Source: the human T2T-CHM13v2.0 reference genome, Homo sapiens. From it: a DNA stretch of 64,000 bases. Location of the stretch: assembly GCF_009914755.1 (NCBI RefSeq), contig NC_060932.1, one strand, 5' to 3'. A model generated the notes under the pieces. That model was not told the DNA's origin, did not search any database, and worked only from the letters and a program-made list of their open reading frames with translations. Below, piece by piece: positions 61,090 through 64,000 of the stretch. Made by a program: the position numbers and the translations under genes. Position 1 is the first letter of the stretch; each line of letters starts with the position of its first letter.

Positions 61090-64000
61090 CATAGTCCTTT
61101 GGGACCACCCCTTTGAAAGGAGAGAAAATTCTTCTTTTGCCATTTGTGAGTTCTTACCGTAAGCCCCAAGTCCTCAGGAGGTTACTACTTTACATCAAAA
61201 GAGCAAATAAACATTGCCCTTTTGAATCTAAGGGTTGCTATTTTTGCAAGCATATAAATACTTTCATGAGTATTCCTCTGACTTCCTCCCACTCCTCCTG
61301 TAGCCTCCATTTCTCTGTTTACTTCTACGTCTTTCTCAATATGCATCAAGACCTTCAAGATCATATTTAAAGGGAGCAGGGAGGGAAGTCCAGCCTCCTT
61401 GCAGCAGTTCCCTGAAAAACAGGCTTCTCATCTACTTAAAGAACATAGAAAAATGGGAATCTGAGAAAAGAGATAATCATTTTGTTGCTATAATGCTCTG
61501 AGTGAGAGTCACTATAAGGTCATGGAAACAAGGATATAGGTCGGACTAAGGCTGCAGGTACAAGAGACCCACAGGACAGAGAAGATGGGTGGTCCCAGGC
61601 TAACAGATTATACCATTAGAACAGGAATGAAAGGTTAGGGGTATGCGGTAAGACCGGTTCATTTCAGAACCTCAAGGATGAATAGGGGCCCACTGTTGAC
61701 TCCAGCATCTCCTCTGTTCTCAAGTGGGCAACTGTGACAAGATGGGACCAAGACTGGTTCGTTCTGGAACCCAAATTACATTGGGGGATACCCCATTCAG
61801 GATAATAAGAAAGTCGAAAGAATGCCTTCTCCTTTTTATCTCCTCTGTTCTCTCTTTGCAGATGGGTAATAGTGCCCTATACCATAGGACATGGCCCTAA
61901 GGTGCATCCCCCAAAACTGGGAAAAGTTTGATTCCCCCAAACCTTAAAACAAAAAACTAGTTTATCTTTGTAATACTGTTTGGCTTAAAAATGAACTGGG
62001 AGGAAATCACAAAAGTCAGCCTTGGAACTCAGTGCCCCTGTGCAGGAGGTATTCAGATTAACCTCCTCTAACTTTTATAACCAAGAGCAGAATAAGGAAG
62101 ACAGGGCTAAGAAAAATGAGAAACACAGGGAAAGGAGACAGGCTTAACTACTGGCTGCCCTGCAAGCCCACCAGCCCCCTCCAAGTTGCCCTAAGGACAC
62201 TCCTCCAGGTAACTGCCATTGGTGTGGAAAGCCAGGCCACTCGAAGGAAAACTGCCCAATGAGATAAATGGGAAAAAACCCCACATGGCTTGTCCTCTCT
62301 GCCAGAAGCTCAGCCACTGGGAAGGAGACTGCCCTGAGGGCCAAAGGGACCCTGGGACAGAATCCCAACCCCTGATGGCTTTCAGCTAATGGACTCTCTG
62401 CTCTGACTTCCAAATCAGACACTGTCATCAAAAGGATGAAGCCAAGGGCAACTCTGGAGGCAGCAAGTAAAATTGTAAATTTCCCTTTTGGGTTGAAAAG
62501 CTGCCTACTCTGTGCTAACCTTCTCTTTGCAACTCTCCTCCAAATCCTGTTGGGTAATCTGGGCAGATGGCATTCCCTCCCTCCAAAAGAAAAGATCCAC
62601 CCACCTTTATATTACTTAAGGGACCAATTACCATTCTCCCACCAGTCTCTGGTAAGGTCTAAATATCCTACACCTCTTTGGGACAAAAATATACTTTCCA
62701 AGATAAGATGGGTGCTCACTTAATATTTACTCAACCTCTGAATTCATCTGTCTTTCTAATACCCCTGTTTCTCCTAAAAATCTATCTAAATTGTTAACTA
62801 ATAACTTCAACCTGGACACTCCTACCTCAGGCGTTTAGAAATAGCCCATATTTATTAAAAGAATCCCTAGCAAAAATCTAACTGAGCAATCTCTTGAGGG
62901 GGGATAATTTCTACAGTATGCAGATAACCTCCTTGTCTGTTCTTTCACAGGACTCACACAGCAACATGCAATACAAACCATAACTTCCTAACATAAGGAA
63001 AATGACTTATATCTAATTCAAAGGTTCTATGAAACAGAAGATGGTTTTCCTTTGTGTTACGGCTTGGTACCCAAAGCTATGGCACAGTTAGTAGGGTTGC
63101 TAGGGTCACTCAGGGAATGGTAATCCAGAAAACTGGCATGCCAGCAAAAGCATAAGAATTTCTTACCAGTCAGAATTCTGGCCCCTCTTTCTGTGTGCAA
63201 ACCAGTTGTGGGAATGGTAAAAATCACCGTCTCCTCTGCAAAGTTACGATTAATCAGAAAAACGATTCATGAGAATAGTCAAGCTATGGCAAATCTGGTG
63301 TACTTTGTGCTATGAATTTGTCTGTCTGTGTCGTTCTGTCATAAAGAGGAGTACCTTAGGATAGAATGTGGGCCTAGGACTCCTGTAAGCCCACTGTTCT
63401 AGCGGGCCCAGCAAACTCATCAGTAACAAACTTTGCTGCAGCTATCTGAAAAACAAACAAACAAACAAAACAAAACAAACACACCTGAATGAAGCTTCCC
63501 TCTCATCTTGTTTTATGTCCTTGTGACCAGTGGCAGTAGTTTCTCTTGCTCTCTACCATCCAGAGAACAGGAATTTTGGAATTCATGTCATTGTTAGCTC
63601 TAAAAACTTATCTTGAGCAAGTTAAAAGCCATTGCATGCTCAAAATTGACTGCTCTAGGCTCCTTCTGGGAAGAGCAACAGAAACTGCCCAATGCTGTAG
63701 CTTAGTAGCTAAGGCTTCGTGTTTTCCCAATGGAAGCATAGGGTCAGGGTTCAATTCCTGGCTTAGGGAACGAGTACCTTCTGGCTGATATCTGTGTGAC
63801 CTTTTCCATTTGTTAATTCTTTGCCCTTCCATGAATAACTTCTGACTTCCATTTTTGAATTTTCTTTTTTCTGAGCTATCGTTGGAGATTCCGTAAAATC
63901 TCCTTTGGAGATCTTGTAACAACTGCTAACCACCTGTTTGAAAATACCTCACACACTCGTGGTTCAGTCATAACCTTAGTTAAGTCTTATTGATTTCACC
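61090..64000 (+). mobile_element. Decayed class I (ERV1, MER4-group-like) endogenous retrovirus internal region with gag-pro-pol remnants
   Basis: gag start MGN at 61862; CCHC knuckles CHWCGKPGHSKENC (62214-62255) and CPLCQKLSHWEGDC (62291-62332); protease-like PRATLEAASKIVNF and PTPLWDKNILSK; RT-like LPQAFRNSP (62822) and LQYADNLL (62911); left boundary uncertain. Confidence 0.8.

Overview
Primate (almost certainly human or great-ape) genomic DNA, AT-rich and repeat-dense. Positions ~1-16.5 kb hold the 3' part of PI15 (peptidase inhibitor 15, CAP/CRISP superfamily) on the + strand. Four coding exons (5458-5576, 6603-6735, 6857-6972, 10593-10728) have GT-AG boundaries and splice in frame to 167 aa plus stop. 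They are followed by a ~5.8 kb 3' UTR ending near AATAAA at 16490. The rest is intergenic: a full-length L1PA2/L1PA3-type LINE-1 (~27999-34024; open ORF1, disrupted ORF2) nested in an ancient L1M, about 16 Alus, solo LTRs (MER31-, MER67-, MST-, MLT1-like), a Tigger3a, L2/MIR remnants, and a decayed class I ERV internal region at the right edge. I see no convincing wholly new multi-gene system. The strongest novel candidate is post-transcriptional: five miR-29 seed sites in the PI15 3' UTR, one of which also pairs extensively with the 3' end of miR-29b and resembles a target-directed miRNA degradation (TDMD) trigger. Other notable items are a near-consensus CTCF motif in the UTR, a nested intronic hairpin, a one-codon insertion beside the L1 ORF1p stammer, a short L1 5' transduction, and several templated local duplications. 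Repeat subfamily names come from my recall of consensus sequences, and boundaries of old repeats are approximate.
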